A stretch of 64,000 nt of DNA, taken from NCBI GenBank assembly GCA_018715625.1, contig DVLG01000035.1, positions 24,080 through 88,079 on the forward strand, read 5' to 3'. Each line of letters starts with the position of its first letter. Position 1 is the first letter of the stretch. The translations under genes were made by a program, and so were the position numbers. This document shows positions 20,601-28,953 of this stretch, in pieces. The stretch is from Candidatus Scatovivens faecipullorum. GTDB lineage: Bacteria > Bacillota > Clostridia > TANB77 > CAG-508. Under the pieces are notes generated by a model. The model had not been told where the DNA came from. It was given only the letters and a program-made list of their open reading frames with translations, and made no database searches.

Positions 20601-22922
20601 AATTTTTGCTTTTTCTATTGTTTGCTCATTTATTGCTGTTACTGTTACTGTTTCATCATCAGATAATCTACCTGAACTTGGTGTTATAGAAATTAACTCA
20701 GCAAATTCTGAACTTAACTCTTCAACTTTATATTTAGGAGCTGTTTCTCCATACCATTTAACATTTCCTAAATTCCATTCTCCTCTTCCATTATTAATTG
20801 TAATAGAAGCATCTATGGTAGTTGAAGCATCATTATATTTTTGTCCATTATATTTAAATGTTCCACTTAAAGTTACTTTAAAGTTAAAAGTTTTACCCTC
20901 TAAATTACTTTCTTTTCCATTTAAAATATTTTTATCTATTTTCTTTACGATTTTTAAGTTACCAGTATGCTCTCCAATATTAGTAGCTTTTACCTTTACT
21001 GTTCTTCCATCTCTTAATTCTCCTGAAGCATTTTCAAGGTCTAATTGTTTAAAACCATCTTTGTCAATTTCTTCAACAGTATAAGTTGGATTTCCATTTT
21101 CAACATTCCAATAATATGTTTTAGTAGTTGCTGAACGTCCAGCTTTAACTCTTATTATATCTGAGCCCCCATTTATAGCACCATCTACATTAACTCTGAA
21201 ATAGAAGAATTTGTTTACGTCTTTTACTTCTTCTCCATCTTCATCAACTACTTCTTTTTCTATTCTAATTTTTCCACTTCTAATATCTAATCTTCTATCT
21301 AAATGAGTTGTATTATACCATCTTGCTGCTTTTAATCCACCAGCTAATTGTTGAGAAGTCTTTTCAACTATATCTTTATCCGAATATTCTACCCAATAAT
21401 CAGTTGATTCAACATGTGGTTTATATTGTCCATGTTCACAAGGTGTTCCTCCACTACAGCTATGATGAGATATATTTTCTCCACTACCAGTAGTCCAACT
21501 ATGTGCACCTGTTCTTCCATGTGAACAAGTATGACCATCTGTACACCAATTTTGTTTTTCTTTTGCAGTCCAAGTTACCTCATTATAAGTTCCTCTTAAA
21601 TCTTCATATTGTCCTCCAGCATTCATATACCTAAAGTCAAATGATAGATTTGTTATCTTAGTTAAATTTTCTTTATCTTTTAATGCTATATAAAATACTT
21701 CATTTTCGTGTGGAAACTCATATGTATCATCTAGTTCTCTTTCTCCATCTAGCCATACAAAACTCCAATCAACATTTCTTACTAATGCTTCTTCTGAAGC
21801 ATCAGTATACAATTTTGCATCTGTTATACCTGCAAATTGTACTGCATTTCTACCTTCAACTTGTGCTCCGGCTTCAACATAGTTAATAGAAAAAGGTCCA
21901 ACTTTATATTCACCTAATTCACTATCCCATGTTACTGTTGGAGTATTTAAATCATAATTGTTTGAATTATTAATAGCTTTATATGAATCATTGTCATTAA
22001 AACTAACTTTATATTCTAATTCTGGAGCTTTTACTGTTCCTTTAACACCATTTACTTCAAATTCAGTATCAACAAAATCTGCTGTATTCATAGATTTAGC
22101 TATTCTTGAAATATACGTTTCAAAAGCCCTTGCCTCCTCTGTCAATCCATTTGCTGGAACTGGGTTACTTCCAGCTGCTAAGTTATCTGTATTCCACCAA
22201 GCTCTTTGAACATAAGAATATACGCCCCATCCTTGATCAGTGCTTTCTTCAACATAATAATATTTTCCATCCGTATCTTGTACAACAAGTGTTTCTTTTC
22301 CAACTCCACCTTCAATTACGTAAACTGTCAAATCTCCTGCCGTAGTTGCAGTTGCATTAGCTAATGCTTCTGTGTCGGTAAATTCTATCTTATTACCATG
22401 TTCATCACCTAAGAATTTCAATCCACCATTTTCAAAATTTGGAAGATTATTAATCATTTCAGATAATATATAAGCTTCCATTGGAGTAGCAATTCTTACA
22501 TCATTTACAACATATTTTCCATAAGTCTTATTCATATAAGTACCTTGTTTGAATGGTGTTTCTGTATTTTCTCCTTCAAGGTTTACTTCGAATAATTTTC
22601 CTCCACCGTCTCCTTTTTCAATAGTTCCGGTATAGCTTGGGTCAGAGCTTCCCATTTCTGTTACTAATGTAGCTCCTCCATCTCCTGTTAATGGAGTTCC
22701 ATGAGAAGAACAAAATATTTCATATCTTTGAACTAAATCATTATAAGTTAAATAATCTTCAGCGCCAATTTGACCGTTTGCCATACCTGGTCCTTCTGAT
22801 TCCATCTCATCTGTAATTTCTTGTGCATAAGTTTTATAAATTATAAAGGTGCTTAACAATAATAGTATAATTGCTAAAGCTAATATTAAAATTTTATTAG
22901 AATTTTTTATGATTTTTTTCAT
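14679..22922 (-). CDS. giant surface protein B2 (2747 aa): signal peptide, putative thioester (TED-like) head, Cys/His-rich insert, eight CnaB/SpaA-like domains, SdrD-B-like domains, TPPTG sorting signal plus TM plus KKK tail
   Basis: A single uninterrupted ORF. ATG 22922 (MKKIIKNSNKILILALAIILLLL...AQE) lies 4 nt after the B1 stop, with the GGAGGTG RBS inside the last B1 codons. The GTG at 22934 in the ORF track is part of that RBS. See the findings for motifs. Confidence 0.9.
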   Translation of the reverse strand: MKKIIKNSNKILILALAIILLLLSTFIIYKTYAQEITDEMESEGPGMANGQIGAEDYLTYNDLVQRYEIFCSSHGTPLTGDGGATLVTEMGSSDPSYTGTIEKGDGGGKLFEVNLEGENTETPFKQGTYMNKTYGKYVVNDVRIATPMEAYILSEMINNLPNFENGGLKFLGDEHGNKIEFTDTEALANATATTAGDLTVYVIEGGVGKETLVVQDTDGKYYYVEESTDQGWGVYSYVQRAWWNTDNLAAGSNPVPANGLTEEARAFETYISRIAKSMNTADFVDTEFEVNGVKGTVKAPELEYKVSFNDNDSYKAINNSNNYDLNTPTVTWDSELGEYKVGPFSINYVEAGAQVEGRNAVQFAGITDAKLYTDASEEALVRNVDWSFVWLDGERELDDTYEFPHENEVFYIALKDKENLTKITNLSFDFRYMNAGGQYEDLRGTYNEVTWTAKEKQNWCTDGHTCSHGRTGAHSWTTGSGENISHHSCSGGTPCEHGQYKPHVESTDYWVEYSDKDIVEKTSQQLAGGLKAARWYNTTHLDRRLDIRSGKIRIEKEVVDEDGEEVKDVNKFFYFRVNVDGAINGGSDIIRVKAGRSATTKTYYWNVENGNPTYTVEEIDKDGFKQLDLENASGELRDGRTVKVKATNIGEHTGNLKIVKKIDKNILNGKESNLEGKTFNFKVTLSGTFKYNGQKYNDASTTIDASITINNGRGEWNLGNVKWYGETAPKYKVEELSSEFAELISITPSSGRLSDDETVTVTAINEQTIEKAKIHIIKTLENAELYSEEEIMKLKFNFEISVDGYDKQRIEISPIRKDNSYVWEYTSGYYEWFAGNNPNYTITEVDNPEGTSFVTATSDDVQITVNGQTITGTLVSDETKDFEVTNNIVNRIEKPHSGRIEITKHIDSDTLVDKEFKFVVTVTSKGSFTYKGQTYGPGTKIQLTNDSAVEITNDIYDENSFVVIKVSSVDAPTVWTSDEFTWNGEMAPEYTVEENLLAEDIASSVEPSKGTLADVSEGTNTVKVTAWNRDITPKAGYLHIIKTLENAQGMSTEYINSLVFKFQITVDGYEPYVVSLNAEKKGDSYVWEYTSNAFTWAADAEAPNYTITEIDLPEGTEFVSATSDGGTQIENGIQGKLKESQTGEILITTDNEFVNRANENSGNLIVKKQVTHESLNGQEFKFKVTIRGAFEYNGTKYGPGEAAGEEFSQEITVSGGSQWDSGTIKWYGNSAPTYTVEELESEIANNISVLNASGTIKPGAEATIATFINEPKLTGGYLEITKLVENGVIGDEEFTFRVTVDGYEPFIVTIKANQTYKSDMFKWYVTEEAPSYKVEEINLPEGTEVVRIDNAEGKLAPEGQTISVVATNKYEEHEGSFTVRKEIIADEKLLDGLELPSFDMTVTISGTFEMDGQSVVDSTRVINISLKGGETYTSPTIKWWGDNAPTVTVTENNIPKGWKNVSISNNGAEISDNLEIVVSNRLETLTVIDLTIKLAGDVWEDTPLDENDKNTENSVENGIMDDNERRLDGIEVYIYDNNGNLATIYDDGEEISQPIITTDGGHWEAPSVKILKSGTYDIEFVYDGQTYEPTKFLATSNGDANAYRSASTSGRDAWARDSMALDYDREEVDNRIQEIKGKTEINGEGETIGTAVESEREKDIFYEGAKSAVANGTSRISSEVQTQNADGTAKDLFKAKARTSVGGLTYPFDNRIHLESYDTYINELGLVQYYMYSATYNYTLHINLGLKRRPEVDLGTTKDLVSAKVVVNDKLLNYKFNKLEDIGSDCYSRQLYADTTQIEYQLGLYSTDYYYRAEMYQANSNITGYDAIEKFYKDLGTSIDATELDVYLTYKISLYNEGPDYITKINSVDDYFDSSFGDPIDTKVEKYVKTIDGAEQNGLTEVANASYVESPSGNKNVTWNVTERGIKGSDGVTYNKMTAQNLDISLRSGEKADIYVTFALDKENIDGVEDTIRLGDKSNVAEISSYSTSYTDGRNAGKIDRDSAPANVNIRSYNEKSWYEDDTDSAPVLELTIVEENREINGLAWEDKPEGDTAVGNGLYDEGDEALIGGLTTELVEKIKVGDREYDFLWPTSKQLDVLGGKTLEYLTGFDSTTETSRENVENESSVGSYKFTSVPVGDYVVRFLYGNNKLDLEDTFEISGDPEAYKANGERFDEDNILTANYDKDLEGKTAAIYNGQDYRSTIYQSGFTSVDDNGYVNNEWHDLDNIDLANARVSDAKDSEARRLEITSNSETITNVNGTVLATANKLDEKHTDLYNDYSMFADTAKISLFIENFGEGVEEKPEILGTVLEAGSVRVQKEGTNYLINNIDFGLIERPETAVVLDKQISSIKLTTNDGNIIFNAIYDINYRETDLLEGVSDKTIITKLGNKYLIADVSLSDSSVATDVMQAINKCEEKPTDREISGMQNFRYVNIDETILQGTTIEINYQVSALNVGEVDRTSEILENISEQNFTKVEELTGIKPRTEKEALKLLANKAYEDTAKGISKAGEYLGTTYYTNDVRADKVVTTRVRQIVDYVDNDGIFSAELNNAKDHSWKNTNVTELTGSGYGSDKLLSDVITTEYELIDKKGIAYITDQRNNVILSIDTQENTDQMNNSGFEAKLVPYKENADAYKSQIVLTITKTVSAEDDANNLNYDNIAEIVKIENSVGRRDIVAVPGNANPTLGEFEVALKERDSSATELVTFTPPTGINSGTVMTIQILAAVVVALAVIAIGIVVIKKKVLK

Positions 22923-22926
22923 ATCA

Positions 22927-25900
22927 TTAAACACCTCCTTTTCTCTTTGCTAATACAATTTTATTATATGCTATAAATATTACTATACTTCCTAATAATA
23001 TTGTTGTTATAATTACTGAAATATATATGAATGTTTCACCAGTTTTTGCAGAAATAATTACGTCTGCTGAACCTATATCATTTTCACCTTGTGCTTTATT
23101 TGCTGGTGTTGAGTTAATATCTGAAATACCATATATATTGTAATCTTCATAAATTTCTGCTAGGTTGTTAGTAAGTCCTATATTTTCTTCTGTTACTTGT
23201 TTTGTTAAAACTAATTTAACAGATGCTGACTCACCAGGTTTTAATTCTCTTTCTGCAAGTTCTGCTGAATATAGATTTCCATCAGATCCTGTATACCAGC
23301 TTGCATTTGCTTCTAATCCAGAATTAAATGTCATTCCTTCTGGCATATAATCTATAATTTGTTTTGCATATCCTGCCACATCACCTTCATTTGATACTGT
23401 AATTGTATATTCTACATATACAACAGATCCATATAAATGTTTAGCAGCAATTTCTGTTTTGGCTAATGTTACATTATCATATTCATCATTTTGAGTTCCT
23501 GTAGCAGATTGTGTTGTTACTTTAGTTATAGTTTTGTCTAATTTTAAATCAAATTTATCTGCTAAAACTAAACCAATATCTATGCCAGATGTACTACCAT
23601 TTGAAATAGTGATAACTTCTGTAATAGCACCATTTCTTGTTTTACCATCTTGTTCTAATTTTGTTGTTACAGCATCTGAGTTAACATTTATATCTACTCC
23701 GTCTTTTTTATAAGCTGTAACTGTATATTTTACTGTATCATACTCAAAAATTACTAAGTAGTCTCCATTTTTTACTCCTGAAAATGTGTATGAACCATTT
23801 GCATCTGTTGTTACAGACGTTTGAATTGCACCAGATTGACTATCAACTAATCTAACAATTATTCCTGATAATAATTGCTCATCTGTTGTTCTCATACCAT
23901 CTTTATTACTATCAAGCCAAGCTGTACCTGTTAATTTATATGTTTTTTCAATATTACTACTTCCATAAGAATTATTAGAACTTGAAGATGATTGTAATGA
24001 GCTTGCAACAAAAGATTTTCCAGCATTTTCTATTATATGAGTAATTTCATTAGTTTTTTGTGGCTCATTATTTTCTGCAGTTACTGTAGCAGTATTAGTA
24101 ACTGTTTTTTCTTGAACACCATTTAAGACACTTGCTACTGCCTGAACAGTTACTAATACTTCAGTATTTGGATTAATAGCTAAATCTACTAAAGCTTGAT
24201 CATTTGCTGAAATATTTTTCTTATTTACTACTCCATCAATTGTATAACTTATACTTTTTATATTTAAACCATCTGGAATTTCATCTACTAATCTAACTTG
24301 TTTTGCTTTTACACTACCTTCATTTTTTATAGAAAAAATATATTCAATAACTTCTCCTTCTTTTACATATGTTTCTGTAGTTGATGTAGTTTGAGATACA
24401 CTAATTAAAGGAACTCCTATACTAATCGGTACATTATTTGAAGTATATGTATCGGTATCTTGTGCTTTTACATTTGTATAATTATCTAATGTTGTCTCAA
24501 TTTTGCCTTCCTGTAATTTATTTCCTTTTATAACATAACTTAAGTCTGCATATCCATTAACTTCTAATGTCCCTATATTCCATGTAATAGTTCTTGTTGA
24601 AGCATCATAACCTACATTTTCTAAATTGCCATTCATATCAGCTGAAATAAATTCTAATTCTTCTGGTAAAACTTTAGTAGCTACTACATTATTTTGAACT
24701 TTAGAAGAAGTATTTGCAATTGAAATGCCAAACTCAAATTCATTTCCTAATGGTTGAGTTGCAGACGTAAAAGCAACATCTCTAGAATATTCTTTAATAT
24801 AAAATTCAGATTCTTTTAAATTAATGTATTTTTTCTCTGTCTGTAACTCAACATCTAAATCTTTTGCAGTTACACTAGAAAAAATTTCTATTTTTACATC
24901 TGGAATAGAGGTAATTTCAGTATCTTTATATCCAATTACTTCTCCAGTATCTTCACTATTTTCTATTTCTTCTAATGTCTTATCATATTTTCTAATTACG
25001 TATATTCCATCTTCTCTTTGGAAAAAGCCTTCTGTTCCTGCATAATATTGTTCTATAGTTGGTAATTCTTTTGCTGACAAAGTAATTTCTATTTCTGTGT
25101 TTTCGTCTTTTTCTAATCCTGGAACATTAGCTACTATATTTCCGTTTATTTCTTCTATTTTCACATCTTCTTTTTCACAATAAGCATTTTTATAAATTGT
25201 AAAATTTGGAACTGGCGTAGTTACTATTATATTCTCAGCTCTATTTTCCCCAATATTTGAAACTTTAACTTCTACTTTAAATTCCTCTTCAACTTTTACT
25301 GTTTCTTTATCTAATGAAACTTCTAAGTTTAATTCAGGTCCTTCTCCAGTTGTTAAACCAATTTTATCAGGAGTTGCTTTTTCGTCAGTTTTTGCTATTT
25401 CTGAATTATTTGTATAATATGCTAAAAATGTTCCATAGATATTTTCATTATGAGTTAAATTTGCAGGAATTTCATATTGATATGTAAATCTTAAAATTGC
25501 TGTTTCTTGCATTTCATAATTTTCATCTTGAGGTACTATTAAGTATGATTTTATATTTTCAAAACTTGTTGGGTTCATTGTCCAACCATTTTCTGAATTA
25601 TTTAAATCATTATTTGCTTCTCCATTTTCAGAATAGTAAATATTAAATGCTACTCCATTTCTTTCATCAGAAACTATAGGACCAATTAGTTTTGTATCTA
25701 ATGTTGTACCTAAGTCTTCTCCTGTTTCTATATCTTTTACTCCTTTAAAAGGAATTCTACCTAATATAGATACATCTGAAACTGTATTTTCATTGTTGTT
25801 CATTACAACAATTTCCATTGTTGCAGCTTTTGCTTCTGAATAAATATCAATTAAATCTTCTTTTACACCTTGTCTTACAGATGTTGTAATTGAACCTACT

Positions 25901-28329
25901 GTATTATAATTTGATGTACTATTTACTGCTACTAGTCCTGTTGGAGCAGAATAATTAATTGGTAATTCAGTATATCCACTATTATCCAAATTTGTAGCTT
26001 CACTATTTGTATATCTTAATTTAATAATATCTGATTTTGCTGGTGTATATAAATCTACTTTTATATCTGCATTTATTACTATATTTGTACCATTTGTTAA
26101 CACACCAGAATTTATTCCTTCTTGGTTACCATCAATTGTAACTCTTATTATTCTTCCAGTTACTTCTGTATTTATTATATCTAATCCTTCACCATAAAGT
26201 ACACTTGCATTTGTTACTACTAAATTTTGAACATATTCTGGTAATTCTATTTCAAAAACTGAATTTCCATACACATCTGATACATCAGTAGCATTATTTA
26301 ATTCTATTCTTAGTTCAACATCATTATTTGCAAGTGTTGAAAGGTTTGATTTGTCTATAATTAAATTAGCTTTTGTTGTTGTATCTATTAAATTTGTTAC
26401 AACTTCTGCTGTTCCTACATCAACTCTAGTTTCAACATATTCATATTCTGCTGACATAGCTGAAGTTGTTTTAATTGATGATAAATTAGCAAAATTTGCT
26501 TTATCAATAGACGCATTTGTATATGCTTTAACATTATTAATTACTAAGTTTCCTTCACCTACTGGTTTAGTAAGTTCAAAAACTAATTTTGAAGGTTTAT
26601 TTTCAAAATTTACTATTATATTTCCTTCTTCGTTTACTGCTGTTTCATTATTAATTGTAGAAATTAAATTTCCAGAAATATCTAAAATTTTAATTTCACC
26701 AGTTTCACCTAAAACTTTTGTAAATTCTTCTTTATTAATTGAAATTTGTTTATAATATAAATCATTATTTTCAATAGAATTTCCAGCTTTATCTACATAT
26801 AAGTTATCTCTGTCTTCTATTCTAATATTTTTTATAATATCTTTATAAGAAATATTAGCAACAGTTTTAGAAATTAATTCAACTTCATATTTTCCACTAT
26901 TTTTATAATTTAAATATGTATAAGCTTTTGAAACATCTAGAGTTTCATTTTCTATATTTAAAGATACTATATTTCCTGTTTGTCCTTGAAGAACATATTC
27001 AAAATTGTTGTTATTTGTTATTAAATTAGAATTTTCTTCTTCGTTTGCACCACTAAACATTGTTACTTTAGCTTCTATATTAGAATTAATAGTAATTCCA
27101 TCTACTGCTTTTGCATTTTCAAAAGTATAAGTAATTAAATATTCATCAATACCTGAACCGCTAAAATATCTGTCTTCTTTAACTACTTCTTTGTTTGCAT
27201 CTTTTAAGTATTCATCTTCAAATTCATTTACTTCAACATTTTTCTTTGGATTAGTAACCTTTAATATTATTTTGTTTTCATCAGCATTATATGTCCAATT
27301 GTTTTCATTAAATGTTAAATTTCCAACTGTTTCTCCATTGGTTCCTGAAGTAGAATTTGCAACTACTGTAACATTTGATGGCTTTATTCCTTCAAAATTT
27401 GGTACATCAATTACAACTTCTGATTCTTTAATTGGTAAAGTATTTTTATCTGTAGTTGTATCAACTTTTACTAAAGTTTGTAATATAACTCCTCTACCAA
27501 AATCTATATATTTTGTAGCTTCACTAGATAATTTTACTTCTCTTTGATCTTTCCAAGCAATATTTAAATTTACTCTTTTTGATACTTCTATTTCATCACC
27601 ATCATCATCAACGTATATACCTGTGAAAATTACTGCACAATCTTTTGATAATTTATTTTCATTTACATACATTTCATTTTTGTATTTTATTGGTAATGAA
27701 AGTTTAACTTCTGAAGAGTTATTAACTTGTTTTAAAGAAATTACATTGTTTTCTAAACTTTGAACATATTCTGGTAATACTTCATGAGCTGAATTTTCTT
27801 CGTTTTGTTCTGCATTTTGTTCCAAGTTTTCTTCTATCTGTTTCTCTTGTTCTGAAGTTTCTCCTTCTGCAGATGTCTCTTGTGTAACCTCTGCCTGCTC
27901 ATTGTTTACCTCTTGAACTTCTTCAACATTTTCTTCACTTTCATTTGAAGTTTCTTCCTGGTTTTCTGTAACTTGAGCTTGTACTTCTTCAAAACTTCCG
28001 ACTTCAAAGTTTAAACCTTTTCCCTCCTCAGTTTCTGCAATTTCTATTTTTGCATCTTTTAGATATCCACTTTCTTTAACATCTAATTTCATGCCAATAG
28101 ATAATTCCTCGTTATTTACATCACTAATAACCGAATCTGTTTTACTTTCTTCGGTTCCAAAATAAGCTTCAAATTCAACATTTTCATGTCCTGTATCTGA
28201 ATCTGACGCAAAAAAGGTTTCTGCAAAACTTGCTGCATAACTCTTAGTTACAAATGCAAAATTTGCAAAAGTTAGTGTAAATATTAGGATTATTGCCAAC
28301 AATTTTTCTAGAATTTTGTTTTTTAGCAT
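22927..28329 (-). CDS. giant surface protein B1 (1800 aa): signal peptide, acidic spacer, DUF11-like repeats, SdrD-B-like domain, SAKTG plus TM plus basic tail
   Basis: ATG 28329 (MLKNKILEKLLAIILIFTLTFANFAFVTKSYA) is preceded by GGAGG. The 38 codons upstream in the ORF track cover the promoter and leader. DUF11-like segments include GEVIEYIFSIKNEGSVKAKQVRLVDEIPDGL. The SdrD-B-like segment is TGTAWLDSNKDGMRTTDE...TDANGSYTFSGVKNGDYLV. Confidence 0.9.
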   Translation of the reverse strand: MLKNKILEKLLAIILIFTLTFANFAFVTKSYAASFAETFFASDSDTGHENVEFEAYFGTEESKTDSVISDVNNEELSIGMKLDVKESGYLKDAKIEIAETEEGKGLNFEVGSFEEVQAQVTENQEETSNESEENVEEVQEVNNEQAEVTQETSAEGETSEQEKQIEENLEQNAEQNEENSAHEVLPEYVQSLENNVISLKQVNNSSEVKLSLPIKYKNEMYVNENKLSKDCAVIFTGIYVDDDGDEIEVSKRVNLNIAWKDQREVKLSSEATKYIDFGRGVILQTLVKVDTTTDKNTLPIKESEVVIDVPNFEGIKPSNVTVVANSTSGTNGETVGNLTFNENNWTYNADENKIILKVTNPKKNVEVNEFEDEYLKDANKEVVKEDRYFSGSGIDEYLITYTFENAKAVDGITINSNIEAKVTMFSGANEEENSNLITNNNNFEYVLQGQTGNIVSLNIENETLDVSKAYTYLNYKNSGKYEVELISKTVANISYKDIIKNIRIEDRDNLYVDKAGNSIENNDLYYKQISINKEEFTKVLGETGEIKILDISGNLISTINNETAVNEEGNIIVNFENKPSKLVFELTKPVGEGNLVINNVKAYTNASIDKANFANLSSIKTTSAMSAEYEYVETRVDVGTAEVVTNLIDTTTKANLIIDKSNLSTLANNDVELRIELNNATDVSDVYGNSVFEIELPEYVQNLVVTNASVLYGEGLDIINTEVTGRIIRVTIDGNQEGINSGVLTNGTNIVINADIKVDLYTPAKSDIIKLRYTNSEATNLDNSGYTELPINYSAPTGLVAVNSTSNYNTVGSITTSVRQGVKEDLIDIYSEAKAATMEIVVMNNNENTVSDVSILGRIPFKGVKDIETGEDLGTTLDTKLIGPIVSDERNGVAFNIYYSENGEANNDLNNSENGWTMNPTSFENIKSYLIVPQDENYEMQETAILRFTYQYEIPANLTHNENIYGTFLAYYTNNSEIAKTDEKATPDKIGLTTGEGPELNLEVSLDKETVKVEEEFKVEVKVSNIGENRAENIIVTTPVPNFTIYKNAYCEKEDVKIEEINGNIVANVPGLEKDENTEIEITLSAKELPTIEQYYAGTEGFFQREDGIYVIRKYDKTLEEIENSEDTGEVIGYKDTEITSIPDVKIEIFSSVTAKDLDVELQTEKKYINLKESEFYIKEYSRDVAFTSATQPLGNEFEFGISIANTSSKVQNNVVATKVLPEELEFISADMNGNLENVGYDASTRTITWNIGTLEVNGYADLSYVIKGNKLQEGKIETTLDNYTNVKAQDTDTYTSNNVPISIGVPLISVSQTTSTTETYVKEGEVIEYIFSIKNEGSVKAKQVRLVDEIPDGLNIKSISYTIDGVVNKKNISANDQALVDLAINPNTEVLVTVQAVASVLNGVQEKTVTNTATVTAENNEPQKTNEITHIIENAGKSFVASSLQSSSSSNNSYGSSNIEKTYKLTGTAWLDSNKDGMRTTDEQLLSGIIVRLVDSQSGAIQTSVTTDANGSYTFSGVKNGDYLVIFEYDTVKYTVTAYKKDGVDINVNSDAVTTKLEQDGKTRNGAITEVITISNGSTSGIDIGLVLADKFDLKLDKTITKVTTQSATGTQNDEYDNVTLAKTEIAAKHLYGSVVYVEYTITVSNEGDVAGYAKQIIDYMPEGMTFNSGLEANASWYTGSDGNLYSAELAERELKPGESASVKLVLTKQVTEENIGLTNNLAEIYEDYNIYGISDINSTPANKAQGENDIGSADVIISAKTGETFIYISVIITTILLGSIVIFIAYNKIVLAKRKGGV

Positions 28330-28394
28330 AATCTTAATTCCTCCTACAACAACAATTTGGCATAGTATCAACTTTACTATAATTATATAAGTAT

Positions 28395-28422
28395 ATTCTA
28401 CTCTTTTTTTAAAAGTAGTCAA
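28395..28422 (-). promoter_or_regulatory. sigma-A promoter candidate for cassette B (B1-B2)
   Basis: On the minus strand: TTGACT (complement of 28417-28422), a 16-nt spacer, then TAGAAT (complement of 28395-28400). It lies about 60 nt upstream of the B1 ATG. The spacer block AAAAAGAGTA is shared with the cassette A promoter. Confidence 0.45.
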
Positions 28423-28911
28423 TAGAAAAAACCTTTGTAACACAAGGATTTCATGTTTTTATTTTCATTATCATTTACGGATTAACTATTTTAGCAAACT
28501 CCCGCTATGAAATATAAAATTTTCATTACATAAATCCTTTTATATAAGCCTTTTCCACCAGAAACTATACGTTATCTATTATATACCATTATGTAAACTT
28601 TTTCAAGGCTTTTTACATTATTTTTTGACTTTTTTTCAAAAAAAATTTAATTTAGTATTCCCTGTTTTAAATACTTTTCTGTCTTTTTTTGTCGAATAGT
28701 ATATTTTAATTTCAATTTTACTTGTCTATAATAATTTAAAAAGGAATTTTATATTGTTTTTAATAATTTCATTTTAAATTTACCGTCCTATTTTTTATAG
28801 AAATTTTATATTCTCACTTTTTAATATTACAATTTTATTTACAAATCTTTAAAAAATTACAAAGAGTATATTTGCGTAGCCAAAATAAATTTATTCAAAA
28901 AAATATTGTAT

Positions 28912-28943
28912 AAAAAGAAGAGAGTAAAAACTACTCTCTTCTT
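28912..28943 (-). terminator. rho-independent terminator after giant gene A2
   Basis: A 12-bp stem AAGAAGAGAGTA / TACTCTCTTCTT with a 5-nt loop, followed on the minus strand by a T-run. It starts 11 nt after the A2 stop. Confidence 0.6.
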
Positions 28944-28953
28944 AATTTATGTT

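Noticed and set aside
22923-22934. GTG at 22934 as the B2 start, and likewise the long N-terminal extensions of B1 (28330-28443) and A1 (43171-43248) in the ORF track
   Set aside because: The GTG is part of the GGAGGTG Shine-Dalgarno sequence. The extensions cover promoter and leader sequence and lack signal-peptide character. Internal ATGs with good RBSs give canonical signal peptides.
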